64,000 nt of DNA from an uncultured virus (IMG/VR IMGVR_UViG_3300006919_000003). Lineage: Duplodnaviria > Heunggongvirae > Uroviricota > Caudoviricetes > Schitoviridae. The position numbers and the translations under genes are program-made. Where the stretch lies: the IMG/VR virus record IMGVR_UViG_3300006919_000003, one strand, 5' to 3'. Each line of letters starts with the position of its first letter. Position 1 is the stretch's first letter. Positions 18,669 to 28,412 of the stretch are shown piece after piece. The notes under the pieces were generated by a model. That model made no database searches, was not told the origin of the DNA, and saw nothing but the letters and a program-made list of their open reading frames with translations.

Positions 18669-18887
18669 TTAGTCTTCGTTTGAAGATTGAGCGGATTCGC
18701 TCACAACCGAGAAGGAGAATGAAAATTTGTATCCAGATTTTCGAGGGAGCATCTTAGAAGCTGCCATCTTATGATTGGGGTTCTGGCTTTTACCAATATA
18801 ATCCAAACTAGGGTGATCTACTTCTTCGTCTAAAACAAAGATAGTCTTCAAAATGGGTTCTTCATAATAATATCGCATGTTGCTCAC
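18669..18887 (-). CDS. Hypothetical protein
   Basis: 72-aa ORF, coding-like composition. Confidence 0.6.
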   Translation of the reverse strand: MSNMRYYYEEPILKTIFVLDEEVDHPSLDYIGKSQNPNHKMAASKMLPRKSGYKFSFSFSVVSESAQSSNED

Positions 18888-18889
18888 CT

Positions 18890-18930
18890 AAAAAAATTAA
18901 CCCCTCAATCCACAAGGGACTGAGAGGTTA
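18890..18930 (-). terminator. Intrinsic terminator
   Basis: Minus strand AACCTCTCAGTCC..GGATTGAGGGGTT then ATTTTTTT. Confidence 0.7.
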
Positions 18931-18947
18931 TACACCATTAAAGGTGA

Positions 18948-19568
18948 TTAGTCTTGTTCAAAGTAACGATCAACTGCATTTTGAACATGTTTGCTGATGA
19001 AGCCTTTAGCAACCCACTTTGGAGGGTGGAAGCGTTCTTCAAGCTCTGCAAGATTGTATGTAGCAATGTTACCTGCATCTGTACAAACAGTTGTAAGCAC
19101 TTCACCATTGTTAGTATCGTATCGAACTTCAATGATGATACCATTACCAACCATTTCACCGTTACGGGTTTGAAGAACAGTCATTACTTCGAGGATACCC
19201 TCATAAGGACGTTCAACAAAACCAGGTAGATGTGGTTGAGACATAACATCTTCAACGATTTCAGCAAAGCTGCGTTCAGTTCCAAGTGTTTGGCTTGGGC
19301 CATCAACTAAGGATCCAAATCCCCAATCACGCAACAACTGTTTGTATTCTTCTGTGTCTTGAACAGCAGCAGGAATACCCATCTTCTGTTGGTTCTTTGC
19401 ACGGGCTTCTGCAATAGCAGGTTCTAAGCCCATCACCTGAGCAATCTCTTCAAGAGCTGCATGAAAACCAGGTAGATCTTCAGGGCTTACTTCAGAGACA
19501 AATGGTGGATTTCGAATACCTGCAAGGTAGTCGATCAGGTCTTTTTCATTTACATGAATTGGAGGCAT
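18948..19568 (-). CDS. Hypothetical protein
   Basis: 206-aa ORF, SD AAGGA. Confidence 0.8.
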   Translation of the reverse strand: MPPIHVNEKDLIDYLAGIRNPPFVSEVSPEDLPGFHAALEEIAQVMGLEPAIAEARAKNQQKMGIPAAVQDTEEYKQLLRDWGFGSLVDGPSQTLGTERSFAEIVEDVMSQPHLPGFVERPYEGILEVMTVLQTRNGEMVGNGIIIEVRYDTNNGEVLTTVCTDAGNIATYNLAELEERFHPPKWVAKGFISKHVQNAVDRYFEQD

Positions 19569-19579
19569 ATTTCTGTTCC

Positions 19580-19789
19580 TTATTTTTTGAACTGTTTGAT
19601 TAAGTCAACAGAGTTGTTCAATCCTTCTGCTTCCATTTCTGCGATCATAAGATCACAAACTTTATTCCAATTTTGTGTTTGTTGTTTAACACATGCTTGG
19701 TCTACAGGGTACGTTTCGTTGTAACGACGCTGTATTGCTTCACGCATGGGCCGCTCTTTACGTTCGACCCTGCTTAGTTTCTTTGTCAT
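19580..19789 (-). CDS. Hypothetical protein
   Basis: Start MTKKL with SD AAGGA. Confidence 0.7.
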   Translation of the reverse strand: MTKKLSRVERKERPMREAIQRRYNETYPVDQACVKQQTQNWNKVCDLMIAEMEAEGLNNSVDLIKQFKK

Positions 19790-19799
19790 GTTCTGTTCC

Positions 19800-21029
19800 T
19801 TAAGACAGTGTGTAATCAGCACTTAGAACCTTAACTGATATGTTACCTTTCTTCGCTACTGGTAATTTCTTACCAACAACTTGAGAGGCAATATATGACA
19901 AAAGATCTGAAGATGCAATTTCAGATAGTAGTTGGTTGTATTGCTTTCGAATATCATTCCCATAGTTAGGAAGAACTCTAAAACAATCATGAATGCTGAT
20001 AACCTGAAATGGTTGATCAGGTAGTGATTTCAATAGTTTAGCAATCACAAGAGGATCTACTAGACCCATATTTTCATGATCCAACAGCTCAAGAATACGA
20101 GCTGATAGAAACCCTGACTGTTGATAGTTATTCCACAGAGTGTGAACTAATTTATCTTGGTCACGGTCATCACGAATACCTTTTACATCAAGGATGCGGC
20201 TGATATTAATGATCATGTCTTTGTTGAAGGTACAACGACGAGTAATCTCTCTGACGATCATTCCATCAATTGAGTGAATGATATTCGGTGAGATACTTCG
20301 ACCTTCTTTGGTTCCTTTGTTGATCTTAATGTCAACTTGAACAGGAGCATTCATGAACTGTACATTTTCACTGTGAGTGTCCATCACAGGGATGTGTACA
20401 TGGAAGTTATCGGGAAGAACCCAATCATGACTTGGAGCATGGGGCTGCCAAAGACCTTTGAGAGCCTTGTTCAGTTCCCATGCACCAGGAGCCAATGTCT
20501 CCATTGTCTCATAGAACACAGCCAATTGATCACCTTCACCAAATACCTGTTTAGGTATCGCTTCAGATGAGTATAACGAGGTCATTATTGCATGTTTGGT
20601 GTCTTTACGTTCGATAACACTGGTGCTACCGAGAGTGACACACATACTATCATAAATGTTAGTATAAGCATCTTCACGGTGACCAGTAGGAACAACACCA
20701 CACAGCTTCGCAGAAGCTTCGCAATTAACCAAGCAAGCCAATAGCTGTAGTCCAGAGCTACAAGCATCCATTGAGATTGGATAACCAGAAGGTTTACCAT
20801 TCAAATGATCCCTGTAGGCCATGCTTGAGGCATAGAATAACGCTGGATCTTCTGCTTGTTCCAAGAGTTTGTTAAACTCTGTTGGATCATCATCGATCCA
20901 TAACAGAAAGGCTTCTTTGTTGTCTTCGAACCAGTCGAGTCGATCAATGAAGTCTTTCTTGTCGAGGTCACCGCTAAAGTTCTTAGCGATGTCCATTTTC
21001 ACATATTCAACACCTGTAAAGGTTTGCAT
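19800..21029 (-). CDS. RNA polymerase II subunit 2 (N4 gp16-like)
   Basis: MDACSSGLQ (motif A), [13 protein letters not shown] (motif B), [14 protein letters not shown] (motif C). Confidence 0.95.
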   Translation of the reverse strand: MQTFTGVEYVKMDIAKNFSGDLDKKDFIDRLDWFEDNKEAFLLWIDDDPTEFNKLLEQAEDPALFYASSMAYRDHLNGKPSGYPISMDACSSGLQLLACLVNCEASAKLCGVVPTGHREDAYTNIYDSMCVTLGSTSVIERKDTKHAIMTSLYSSEAIPKQVFGEGDQLAVFYETMETLAPGAWELNKALKGLWQPHAPSHDWVLPDNFHVHIPVMDTHSENVQFMNAPVQVDIKINKGTKEGRSISPNIIHSIDGMIVREITRRCTFNKDMIINISRILDVKGIRDDRDQDKLVHTLWNNYQQSGFLSARILELLDHENMGLVDPLVIAKLLKSLPDQPFQVISIHDCFRVLPNYGNDIRKQYNQLLSEIASSDLLSYIASQVVGKKLPVAKKGNISVKVLSADYTLS

Positions 21030-21048
21030 TTTCTTTTTCCTTAGTTGA

Positions 21049-21255
21049 TTAAAAGGGGATCTCAATTTCACCTGTTTCTGGATCTCTGTTCATCCAGTAA
21101 CAACCAAATCGATGGGATAACCCCACGCAAGTGCATTTATACCATCGCTTGGGATCTTCTTTTTCATTTTTAATTTGATCAATGAGTTTGTTTTGAGCCT
21201 CTTCATAAGAAGTAGCCTCAATAAACACACCGTTAGAAAAACGGTAAAAACTCAT
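21049..21255 (-). CDS. 68-aa protein inserted between the RNAP II subunit genes
   Basis: ATGA overlap with RNAP1 stop; CxC..H..C; ends [11 protein letters not shown]. Confidence 0.7.
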   Translation of the reverse strand: MSFYRFSNGVFIEATSYEEAQNKLIDQIKNEKEDPKRWYKCTCVGLSHRFGCYWMNRDPETGEIEIPF

Positions 21256-22067
21256 TGAATTAGCTCTTGATGAGCGAACTCGATAGACGCTTTGTTCCAT
21301 GCGTTTCCTTGCGGGTTCACATGGTATCCTTGAGAGTAGCAACGACCACGTTTATCGTACTTATGGGTGAGGTAGAATTCATTACCCCACATGTTGAGAT
21401 GATCGAAAATATCTTTGCAAGATCTATCGTACTTCTCAAATGCTTTTACCCGTCGTTTGAAATCCTGGATGTATTCCCCAGGTTTCTGTTTGTCTAGGCT
21501 ACGCCATGAATTTGAAATCATGTTAACGACTTCATTATTAAGGCGGAACCTTGTTAGGTTAACCCTGTTGATGTGATCCAAACAGATATCATCATCATGA
21601 TGACTGTTCTTTAACAGCATAGATGATTGTAAGGTGTAATAACCTGACTGTTTGTTGTCTTTGATTTCGTTGGGTTCAATCAGCATTGGTAAAGGATACT
21701 GATAACGTTCCAACTCTTCATAAACATCAGATGATACATCTATCCGAAGGATAAATACTTCATCCAAAGGACTCCAATCCATAAAGTCTGCTTGAGCTGC
21801 TTTAAGAAGCATATCAGCACAGGCTTGAAGAGGATTAGATTCGTCCTTGAACATCTTATACATCTGGCCTACGAGCACTGAAACAGTAGCACGCTTGTGA
21901 ATGACCATATGTACCAATAGATCCACACCGAACTTCAGAGGGATCTCATGTTTATCACATTGAGCGATAACATCAGGGATATTGAATTCACGTCTAAGAC
22001 GATCCATCAACTGGTTCTTGTTGTACAGTTCTTCGAACTCTACCTGGGTTTGATAATCCGCTTTCAT
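21252..22067 (-). CDS. RNA polymerase II subunit 1 (N4 gp15-like)
   Basis: YQYPLPMLIEP, HKYDKRGRCYSQGYHVNPQG (DxRGR motif). Confidence 0.95.
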   Translation of the reverse strand: MKADYQTQVEFEELYNKNQLMDRLRREFNIPDVIAQCDKHEIPLKFGVDLLVHMVIHKRATVSVLVGQMYKMFKDESNPLQACADMLLKAAQADFMDWSPLDEVFILRIDVSSDVYEELERYQYPLPMLIEPNEIKDNKQSGYYTLQSSMLLKNSHHDDDICLDHINRVNLTRFRLNNEVVNMISNSWRSLDKQKPGEYIQDFKRRVKAFEKYDRSCKDIFDHLNMWGNEFYLTHKYDKRGRCYSQGYHVNPQGNAWNKASIEFAHQELIQ

Positions 22068-22076
22068 AATTGAACC

Positions 22077-22274
22077 TTATGTTTTTGTTTCAGAGATGAT
22101 GTATGTACCATCTGGATTGTCGATTCCTTTTTCTCGGTCATCTCTAATCAGATTAGCAATGACATCCGCAGCTTTTGGTATAGATGATGCGAAGTCGATT
22201 TCTTCGTAGATTGGAATATCTACATTACATGCTTGAGTGAACATGTTTTGTTTCTTAAGAATAAGAACACGCAT
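22077..22274 (-). CDS. Hypothetical protein
   Basis: TAATG coupling to upstream gene. Confidence 0.6.
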   Translation of the reverse strand: MRVLILKKQNMFTQACNVDIPIYEEIDFASSIPKAADVIANLIRDDREKGIDNPDGTYIISETKT

Positions 22275-22720
22275 TAGAATGTTCCCCAATATTGAGCATC
22301 ATCACCAAGGTATTCTTTCCATGCTTCATCAAACAAACAGTTCTCAGGAGCATCAAAGAACATTGGAGCAATGTCTTGTGATTTAAGACCAGCTAAACCA
22401 CACCCAATCTGTGTTACTTGAAACAAGACACCTGGGTTTGCTTTTGCATAGTCGATGAATTCAGTCACGAAGTCTTCAATACGTGACATAGGAAGGGTTT
22501 GGATTCTTTCGTCCTTGGTTGGTAAAGCATAGCTGTTACCTGAACGACCTACACCCATTCCATACTTGGCTCCATGTCGCTCTAGGGCTGCTTTCGCAGC
22601 CCCCGCTCCATGTACGCCAGCAAGATTAGAACCGAATACAAATACCATCTTGAACGCTCTAGGTCGTCTTGGTGGTGATGGTGGTGTAGTTTGTTCATAA
22701 TATTTTGACATGTCAGACAT
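22274..22720 (-). CDS. Macrodomain-like conserved phage protein (N4 gp14-like)
   Basis: VFVFGSNLAGVHGAGAA, SYALPT, VTQIGCGLAG. Confidence 0.8.
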   Translation of the reverse strand: MSDMSKYYEQTTPPSPPRRPRAFKMVFVFGSNLAGVHGAGAAKAALERHGAKYGMGVGRSGNSYALPTKDERIQTLPMSRIEDFVTEFIDYAKANPGVLFQVTQIGCGLAGLKSQDIAPMFFDAPENCLFDEAWKEYLGDDAQYWGTF

Positions 22721-22750
22721 GATGTTTTCCTTTGGTTGATTGTTGATATA

Positions 22751-22786
22751 TAAAGACCACCACTCAATTAAGAGCAGTGGTCTTTA
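22751..22786 (-). terminator. Hairpin/terminator after RNR
   Basis: TAAAGACCAC...GTGGTCTTTA inverted repeat. Confidence 0.6.
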
Positions 22787-22809
22787 ACTTGTTGTTATTG
22801 TGAGATATT

Positions 22810-24741
22810 TTAGATCTCACAAGATCCTGAGCTACAAGCTAGTTCTTGTGTCCCAGTAGTTTCATCTTGGCTTTCAACATGTGACTGCCAATTGATGTAT
22901 TCAGGTGTTCTTTCTGCAAGAGCTTTCACTTGTTTCACTGAAGCATCCTGATAGGGAGCTTGTTTATAGATATGATCTGAGTGAGGTAGGAAACTTACAC
23001 CAGCAATGCTGTCGAAGTGATCCCATACCCATGCACCAACAGAAGGCCATTCATGTTCACGAACATTAATGGTTACTGATGGATTGTGATGACACCAATT
23101 TTCTTTGAAGTCTAACCAGTTTTCCAATTCTTCAATTGCTGTCCGTTCGTTACGTGTAACGCAACCTTCAGGACTAACAATTGGGAATGAAAATACTGTG
23201 TTGTTGACATTCATTTGATCAAGTTCACCTTGGATACCCTGTTCAAGCATGAACTGAGTGATAGGATCCTTGTTATCGTTACGAGCTGTACGAATATACT
23301 GAGATGCGAAACGACTATGGATCCCTGATGAACTGTCAGTGAGCTGTGATACTGTTCCAGATGGCTTCACACATGTGATAGCTTTAGATGGATTGATACC
23401 GAATTTTTCAGCCCATTTAATATTTACCGATGTAGCAAGTTCACGAAGTTCTTCGAGAAGTTTATTACGCTCATCTCTTGAAGTTCCACGACCATTGATC
23501 AGAGGACAATCCATGATACCTGTGAAAGATACACCTAGAAGACGTTCTTCTTCTGAGTTTTCTTTCCAAGCTTTACGAATATATCGATATTCAGTAAGAC
23601 TGCTCTGATATGTACCAATGATTGTTGCTAGACGTACTTTAACACGTAGAGTTTCTACAGTGTCGTTTTGTCTTGCAATAATCTCTGATAAATTACAGAA
23701 CTGAAGTGGACGTAGGATAATCTCACCACATGGGTTAACACCAAACTCATATTCATTACCATGAACATCAGTGATGGTTCGATTGAACTTCAAACATTGT
23801 TTGATGGCTGCCTGTCGGTTGAAAATACCACGTTCACCTGATTTGCTCTGATAGATAGAATTCCATTCATCCATCCATTGACCAACATCAGGTTTCTCTG
23901 TGTAAGCTACAGAGTTATTGGCTAAACGTCGCCATTCTGTAGTTTCCCACCATTGACCAGATTTAGCTTCACGCATACGCTGATCAGATAGGTTAGAGAG
24001 TGATATAAGTGCTGAACGACGTACACCACCAGATACCACTACATCACCAATCTTACAGCAGATATCGTGACACTCAATGGATGTGAGTTTTCTACCGACA
24101 GCACCCTGGAAGATCTTAATCAAGAAGTGATACAGATCTATCAATGGCTCTGGGCCAGATGCTCTACCACCAAATGTTTTGAGTCGAGCACCTGCTTTTC
24201 TAACCTTATCAGTATTCAATTCAGGGATCTCACCTGCATAGAGCATTGCAATCAGTTGTTTGACTGCTTTAGCCCAACCCATCTTACTATCTCGTACTGA
24301 AATTTCAGTATCAGTAGGAAATAGTTGATCAGGTACAACAGGGAGTTTTGCAACTTGTTGACGTTCAACAGAGAAGCCTACACCTGTACCACACATTAAG
24401 ATGTAAACCATCTCATCGAATGCTCTTGGGTGATCAATCGGAATAAAGCTACAATTGAAGCCTGCAATGTGATCACGAGCTAGTGCTGGGCCTGAAGTCA
24501 TCATTGCACGCATAGACGGCATAACTTCTAGGTTTTTAATAGCTTGTGAGATTTCCATAAACACTTCATCACTTGGTTCCATATTATGTTTTTCTGATAG
24601 ATGATCAGACATAAAAGAAGTGTAGCGATCAACTGTTTCGCTCCAAGTTTCTCTGCGTTGCTCTTCTTCAAGCCACTTTGCATATCGTGTTTGGTGGATA
24701 AACTGTTGGTAAACAGTGGGTAGTTCATGATTTGATGTCAT
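22810..24741 (-). CDS. nrdJ: Class II (adenosylcobalamin-dependent) ribonucleotide reductase, monomeric RTPR type
   Basis: FNCSF, VVSGGVRRSA, NPCGEI, CVKPSGTVS, C-terminal ACSSGSCEI; no beta-subunit gene nearby. Confidence 0.93.
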   Translation of the reverse strand: MTSNHELPTVYQQFIHQTRYAKWLEEEQRRETWSETVDRYTSFMSDHLSEKHNMEPSDEVFMEISQAIKNLEVMPSMRAMMTSGPALARDHIAGFNCSFIPIDHPRAFDEMVYILMCGTGVGFSVERQQVAKLPVVPDQLFPTDTEISVRDSKMGWAKAVKQLIAMLYAGEIPELNTDKVRKAGARLKTFGGRASGPEPLIDLYHFLIKIFQGAVGRKLTSIECHDICCKIGDVVVSGGVRRSALISLSNLSDQRMREAKSGQWWETTEWRRLANNSVAYTEKPDVGQWMDEWNSIYQSKSGERGIFNRQAAIKQCLKFNRTITDVHGNEYEFGVNPCGEIILRPLQFCNLSEIIARQNDTVETLRVKVRLATIIGTYQSSLTEYRYIRKAWKENSEEERLLGVSFTGIMDCPLINGRGTSRDERNKLLEELRELATSVNIKWAEKFGINPSKAITCVKPSGTVSQLTDSSSGIHSRFASQYIRTARNDNKDPITQFMLEQGIQGELDQMNVNNTVFSFPIVSPEGCVTRNERTAIEELENWLDFKENWCHHNPSVTINVREHEWPSVGAWVWDHFDSIAGVSFLPHSDHIYKQAPYQDASVKQVKALAERTPEYINWQSHVESQDETTGTQELACSSGSCEI

Positions 24742-24830
24742 GTGAATTCCTAACTTAAATTTTCTGAAAGAGACCACGGTGATACCAATATTAGATACTG
24801 GTATCAACGCAAATCGAAGAAGAATTTAAG

Positions 24831-25130
24831 TTATTTTCTGGATGGATTTTCAGATACATCAAAGACGGTATCTTGTCTCTCTTCAGGAGTGAACAATACA
24901 GCATTTAGCTCATTGAACATATTCTGAAGACCTGCTTCATTACGGTAGATTAAGAAGCGTGCAAACTGGGATGGACGACAGATAATTGTCACATCCCCCC
25001 ATTTACATCTTCCTAAACATTCACCGAATGCTTTAGAGACTACTCCACGCATAAGATCACCATTACTATCTCTTGATAAACGAGAAGCTGGAATAGTGAA
25101 CTTTACACGGTCTTGGGACATTTTAGGCAT
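24831..25130 (-). CDS. Hypothetical protein
   Basis: 99-aa ORF overlapping upstream stop. Confidence 0.7.
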   Translation of the reverse strand: MPKMSQDRVKFTIPASRLSRDSNGDLMRGVVSKAFGECLGRCKWGDVTIICRPSQFARFLIYRNEAGLQNMFNELNAVLFTPEERQDTVFDVSENPSRK

Positions 25131-25653
25131 GGTTAGTTTCCTTTACAAATTTAACCAGTTTTTCCTCCATCTCCTCAAGGGAGAGAGAGCCGAAGTTCAA
25201 GACAGGTATTTTAAAGTCTTGAGCAATGCGAAGAGCTTGACCAGTCCCATCTGTGATTTTTCCTTTTTCAGTCCAACACACAACGAGTTGTGTATTCACT
25301 GAGAGATGATCACCAAATATTTGATTGACATTACGTGCCATCATCTTTTTGGCTCCATCTGAAAGGGTATCCCAGGCTGGATGATATTTTGCAGCTACGT
25401 CATGAGCTATTGGCCCAGGTTTCCAGAAATTGCTTTTATGACCGTTGAAGTTTTCCCACGGTAGATAAATCTCTTTCTTTCCTTGAACTGAGTCACAACC
25501 TGCTTCAAATGCTTTATCAGCACCGTCAGCAGCTCCTGAACGTAGTATGAAGCCTTCACCAGCTAAATACCTTGCTGCACTCTCCATGTTCTTGAGAATA
25601 GGCTCAGGAGTCTTCCTTGCACCTATCCCAGTGTATATTTTTGGTTTTTGCAT
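25123..25653 (-). CDS. SLOG/DprA(Smf)-like Rossmann-fold protein
   Basis: YTGIGARKTP, LRSGAADGAD.AFE, ARN, GTGQALRIA. Confidence 0.85.
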   Translation of the reverse strand: MQKPKIYTGIGARKTPEPILKNMESAARYLAGEGFILRSGAADGADKAFEAGCDSVQGKKEIYLPWENFNGHKSNFWKPGPIAHDVAAKYHPAWDTLSDGAKKMMARNVNQIFGDHLSVNTQLVVCWTEKGKITDGTGQALRIAQDFKIPVLNFGSLSLEEMEEKLVKFVKETNHA

Positions 25654-25655
25654 GA

Positions 25656-25916
25656 TTATTCCTTTGGAATTACTCCAATCACACGTTCACCACCCATAAT
25701 AACAGTATCACCAAACGAGTTGGTTGTTGTATGGGTTATGAAGCCTAGACAATAGTCTGAAGCATCTGTGATGGATATTGGTGTTTCAGACAGTCCACTG
25801 TCTTTAGCCCACTTATCAGCATCATTACTGATCTGTTGGGTTAGTCTTGATGAACAAGAGGTGTTCTTACAACCTTCTGCATTACAAAACGTTTGATCTT
25901 TGTAACAAAGCATCAT
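25656..25916 (-). CDS. Small Cys-rich hypothetical protein
   Basis: CYKDQTFC..C...C..R pattern; SD AGGAG. Confidence 0.7.
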   Translation of the reverse strand: MMLCYKDQTFCNAEGCKNTSCSSRLTQQISNDADKWAKDSGLSETPISITDASDYCLGFITHTTTNSFGDTVIMGGERVIGVIPKE

Positions 25917-26131
25917 GTTTCTCCTAAGAGTCTGTCCATAAGAAGCTTTTCTATTGCTGTAGCAATCTCTTGAAGCTCTTCATATGAAGGGTGAATGATA
26001 GTAGTGTTCTGATGACCACTGTTTGATTGAATGAATGGATTACCAGTCTCTTTGGAAAGACCAATACTGATGTAGTCTGCATCAATATATTCAGACTGTA
26101 ATTTGATTTTGGTGAAGGATCCTTTACTCAT
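25913..26131 (-). CDS. Hypothetical protein, LLG-motif family
   Basis: IIHPSYEELQEI...MDRLLGET. Confidence 0.75.
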   Translation of the reverse strand: MSKGSFTKIKLQSEYIDADYISIGLSKETGNPFIQSNSGHQNTTIIHPSYEELQEIATAIEKLLMDRLLGET

Positions 26132-26409
26132 GAGTCAGCTCCTAAGAGGACATCCATCATGGTAATCTCTTCGAGTTTTACCTCACCTTCACACATGTTG
26201 CAGTAGGCATCATCGTACACATGTTCGAGTACCCACTCTTGTTTTTCGACATCCCATGAAGACCAAGCATCACGGAAAACGTCCTCTGATTTACACGTTT
26301 TACAACGTATTTTAAGACGTTTTTCTATTGGAGTTTCTGCCATTTTAGCCTCTCTTATATCCTTTAGGTGACCTTTAGTCGATAAGGTCATCTTTTTGGG
26401 ATTTAGCAT
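26128..26409 (-). CDS. Zinc-ribbon protein with LLG tail
   Basis: CKTC...CNMC; ends EEITMMDVLLGADS. Confidence 0.75.
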   Translation of the reverse strand: MLNPKKMTLSTKGHLKDIREAKMAETPIEKRLKIRCKTCKSEDVFRDAWSSWDVEKQEWVLEHVYDDAYCNMCEGEVKLEEITMMDVLLGADS

Positions 26410-26530
26410 TTAGGTTAGTTAAATAACTATCAACTATCGTTTTTAAGAAAAAACGAACCCGTAGTACCAATGCGTCCAATCAAGGGCAATGGTCTACAGG
26501 TTCGTCATAATGAGACTTAGGCAGTCAGAA

Positions 26531-26923
26531 TTAACCGATAGTGCCAGTCAATTGCTTCAAGAGAGAGTTCTCTGCATCAGCAACAGGTGCTGAAGGAGTA
26601 GCTTTCTTGTAAGCTTGTACCTTGATGTTCTCAAGGATTTCACCAGTACCTGGTTCACAAGCCTGAGCAGTATTCTGAGCAAACTTAAGAAGTTTGTTCT
26701 TCACTGCAACTTGCTCGTTCCAAGCTTTGTTGTTACCACGAGCAACCATTGGTTCCATTGTGTCAAGCGCAAGGTTTACAGGAAAAGAGATGAATTTCTT
26801 TTCTGTGCCTTCACCGTCTGCTGTTGGAACGTCAACTTCAACGCCAATGTTCAACCAAAGGTGAGCCTCTGGACGATCAGATGAGTTTGAAGGAGTTGCT
26901 TCGTCTTTACCGAAAATAGCCAT
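26531..26923 (-). CDS. N4 gp2/Drc-like ssDNA-binding RNAP II cofactor
   Basis: AHLWLNIG..FISFP..LALDT.EP..N.LL..A...EPG..EN; directly behind a vRNAP hairpin promoter. Confidence 0.88.
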   Translation of the reverse strand: MAIFGKDEATPSNSSDRPEAHLWLNIGVEVDVPTADGEGTEKKFISFPVNLALDTMEPMVARGNNKAWNEQVAVKNKLLKFAQNTAQACEPGTGEILENIKVQAYKKATPSAPVADAENSLLKQLTGTIG

Positions 26924-26997
26924 GATTGTTTTTCCTTTTATCATGTAAGTAGTTGGTTTTGTTGATTAATGCTCAATGAGGTCATTCCCACAGAGCA

Positions 26998-27017
26998 CCA
27001 AAACACGCGGAGCGTGT
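26998..27017 (-). promoter_or_regulatory. N4-type virion RNAP hairpin promoter (predicted +1 at 26999, leftward)
   Basis: Template (+) strand 5'-CC AAAA CACGC GGA GCGTG T-3': same layout as N4 P2 (CC-AAAA-5-bp stem-GGA triloop closed by C:G). Confidence 0.88.
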
Positions 27018-27099
27018 CTCTATCGAGGGAGCACAGAGGCAGCCCAAGAATGGATTGATGGAGATACTGATTGTATCCCCACCGTAGGAAGGAATGAAG

Positions 27100-27360
27100 T
27101 TAGTCTCTACGAGCTGGGAATGATGTTCCCCAAGCTTCATACCTTGGTTTTTTGAAGACTACACTGTCAACACGATCTTGAAGTTCAGCTTCACGCTTTC
27201 TTTCATTACGTCTCAATAGGTAGAATGCAAGTTCGCAACCGAACATAAAGATTGTCATGAATAGACATCCATAGAACATAAACCATATGTTCTCTTGGTT
27301 ATATTCTGTTGCATTGTAGTAGAAGAATGCAGTTGCTACTGCACATAAGATGGTTAACAT
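27100..27360 (-). CDS. Early membrane protein (2 TM)
   Basis: Two hydrophobic segments then a basic tail; SD AAGGAG. Confidence 0.75.
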   Translation of the reverse strand: MLTILCAVATAFFYYNATEYNQENIWFMFYGCLFMTIFMFGCELAFYLLRRNERKREAELQDRVDSVVFKKPRYEAWGTSFPARRD

Positions 27361-27401
27361 GAGTTAACTCCTTTTAACTTTAGTTTAAAGATAACAAGAT
27401 G

Positions 27402-27578
27402 TTAGCCATCTTTGTCGTTGGTACTGTTTCGTGTAAACTTCTTGCGATTAGCAATAAGAATAACGAAAATAACAATTCCAATAACAGCCCATGTACCCAT
27501 GAATGTCTCGATCAAGAAGACACCCACTATTGTGAGTATGGCAGCTAACCAGAAGTGTTTGTGTGTGAAATCAAACAT
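27402..27578 (-). CDS. 58-aa membrane protein (not in ORF track)
   Basis: MFDFTHKHFWLAAILTIVGVFLIETFMGTWAVIGIVIFVILIANRKKFTRNSTNDKDG; SD AAGGAG. Confidence 0.75.
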   Translation of the reverse strand: MFDFTHKHFWLAAILTIVGVFLIETFMGTWAVIGIVIFVILIANRKKFTRNSTNDKDG

Positions 27579-27605
27579 TGGATATCTCCTTGATATGTTT
27601 GAGGT

Positions 27606-27725
27606 TTAGCCTGATACTTTAGACCATAGTGTTTTAATGAGACTTTTCAGTCCCATAAACACAGCCCAAAGTAGGAAGAGTTGAAATCCGTAGAATACTA
27701 CGATGTCAGTTACTGACTCTAACAT
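27606..27725 (-). CDS. 39-aa single-TM protein (not in ORF track)
   Basis: MLESVTDIVVFYGFQLFLLWAVFMGLKSLIKTLWSKVSG; SD AAGGA. Confidence 0.65.
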   Translation of the reverse strand: MLESVTDIVVFYGFQLFLLWAVFMGLKSLIKTLWSKVSG

Positions 27726-27736
27726 GATATTAGTCC

Positions 27737-28084
27737 TTATTTGAGGGTTGATTTACCAGTACCGATAACACATGAAGTTCCATCGAATTCGAAGGTAAAC
27801 ATAATGTTTCCAGATACTTGGCTCTGCCAAACTTGACCATGACCACCGTTAAATACGTGGATTAGATCAAAGTTCCAGTTTCTGACGAGTTCATATCGTC
27901 TTTCTTCTGAAATACAGTTTTGAGGTTGTCTATTCATACGAACAGAGGTGATTTTAAGGGCTTTGAGGGTTCTCAAGCCAATATCATCATCATCCAGGTA
28001 TGTGTCTGCATGAGCAGGAGCACATCCTGAAAAGTTAACAGCGAGCATGATACTTGCTGCTAACAAAGAGGATTTGATAATCAT
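27737..28084 (-). CDS. Exported or lipoprotein-like hypothetical protein
   Basis: Signal peptide ending FSGC (lipobox-like) or AHA (SPase I site). Confidence 0.7.
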   Translation of the reverse strand: MIIKSSLLAASIMLAVNFSGCAPAHADTYLDDDDIGLRTLKALKITSVRMNRQPQNCISEERRYELVRNWNFDLIHVFNGGHGQVWQSQVSGNIMFTFEFDGTSCVIGTGKSTLK

Positions 28085-28088
28085 AATT

Positions 28089-28274
28089 TTATCCTTTTAC
28101 CATTGGTTCAATACAGAACATTTGGAATTCTGGTTTCCAGTTCCATACAGTGATTAAATCAGTTACTAGACTCTTAAGCATGATGAGCTTTGGAGTGTCT
28201 AATAACACTTCGACCTGAGATGAATCTAAGGCCATAGCTGCTCTGATGAGATCAGAGGTTGTACAGTAGTCCAT
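28089..28274 (-). CDS. Hypothetical protein
   Basis: 61-aa ORF, SD GGAG. Confidence 0.65.
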   Translation of the reverse strand: MDYCTTSDLIRAAMALDSSQVEVLLDTPKLIMLKSLVTDLITVWNWKPEFQMFCIEPMVKG

Positions 28275-28352
28275 GATATGTACTCCAGGTTGTATAAAGT
28301 TAAAGATAGTTAGAGTGATAGTTAACTCTACTATCCTATCCTTTAAATGGTT

Positions 28353-28391
28353 AAGACTACCAACAGTTGGGAGGAAACTGCTGATAGTCTT
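28353..28391 (-). other. 16-bp RNA hairpin after gp1-like gene (terminator or RNase III site)
   Basis: Fully paired, using G.U wobbles, only on the minus-strand transcript. Confidence 0.55.
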
Positions 28392-28412
28392 TAGGTGAGG
28401 TTAAGGTTTAGC

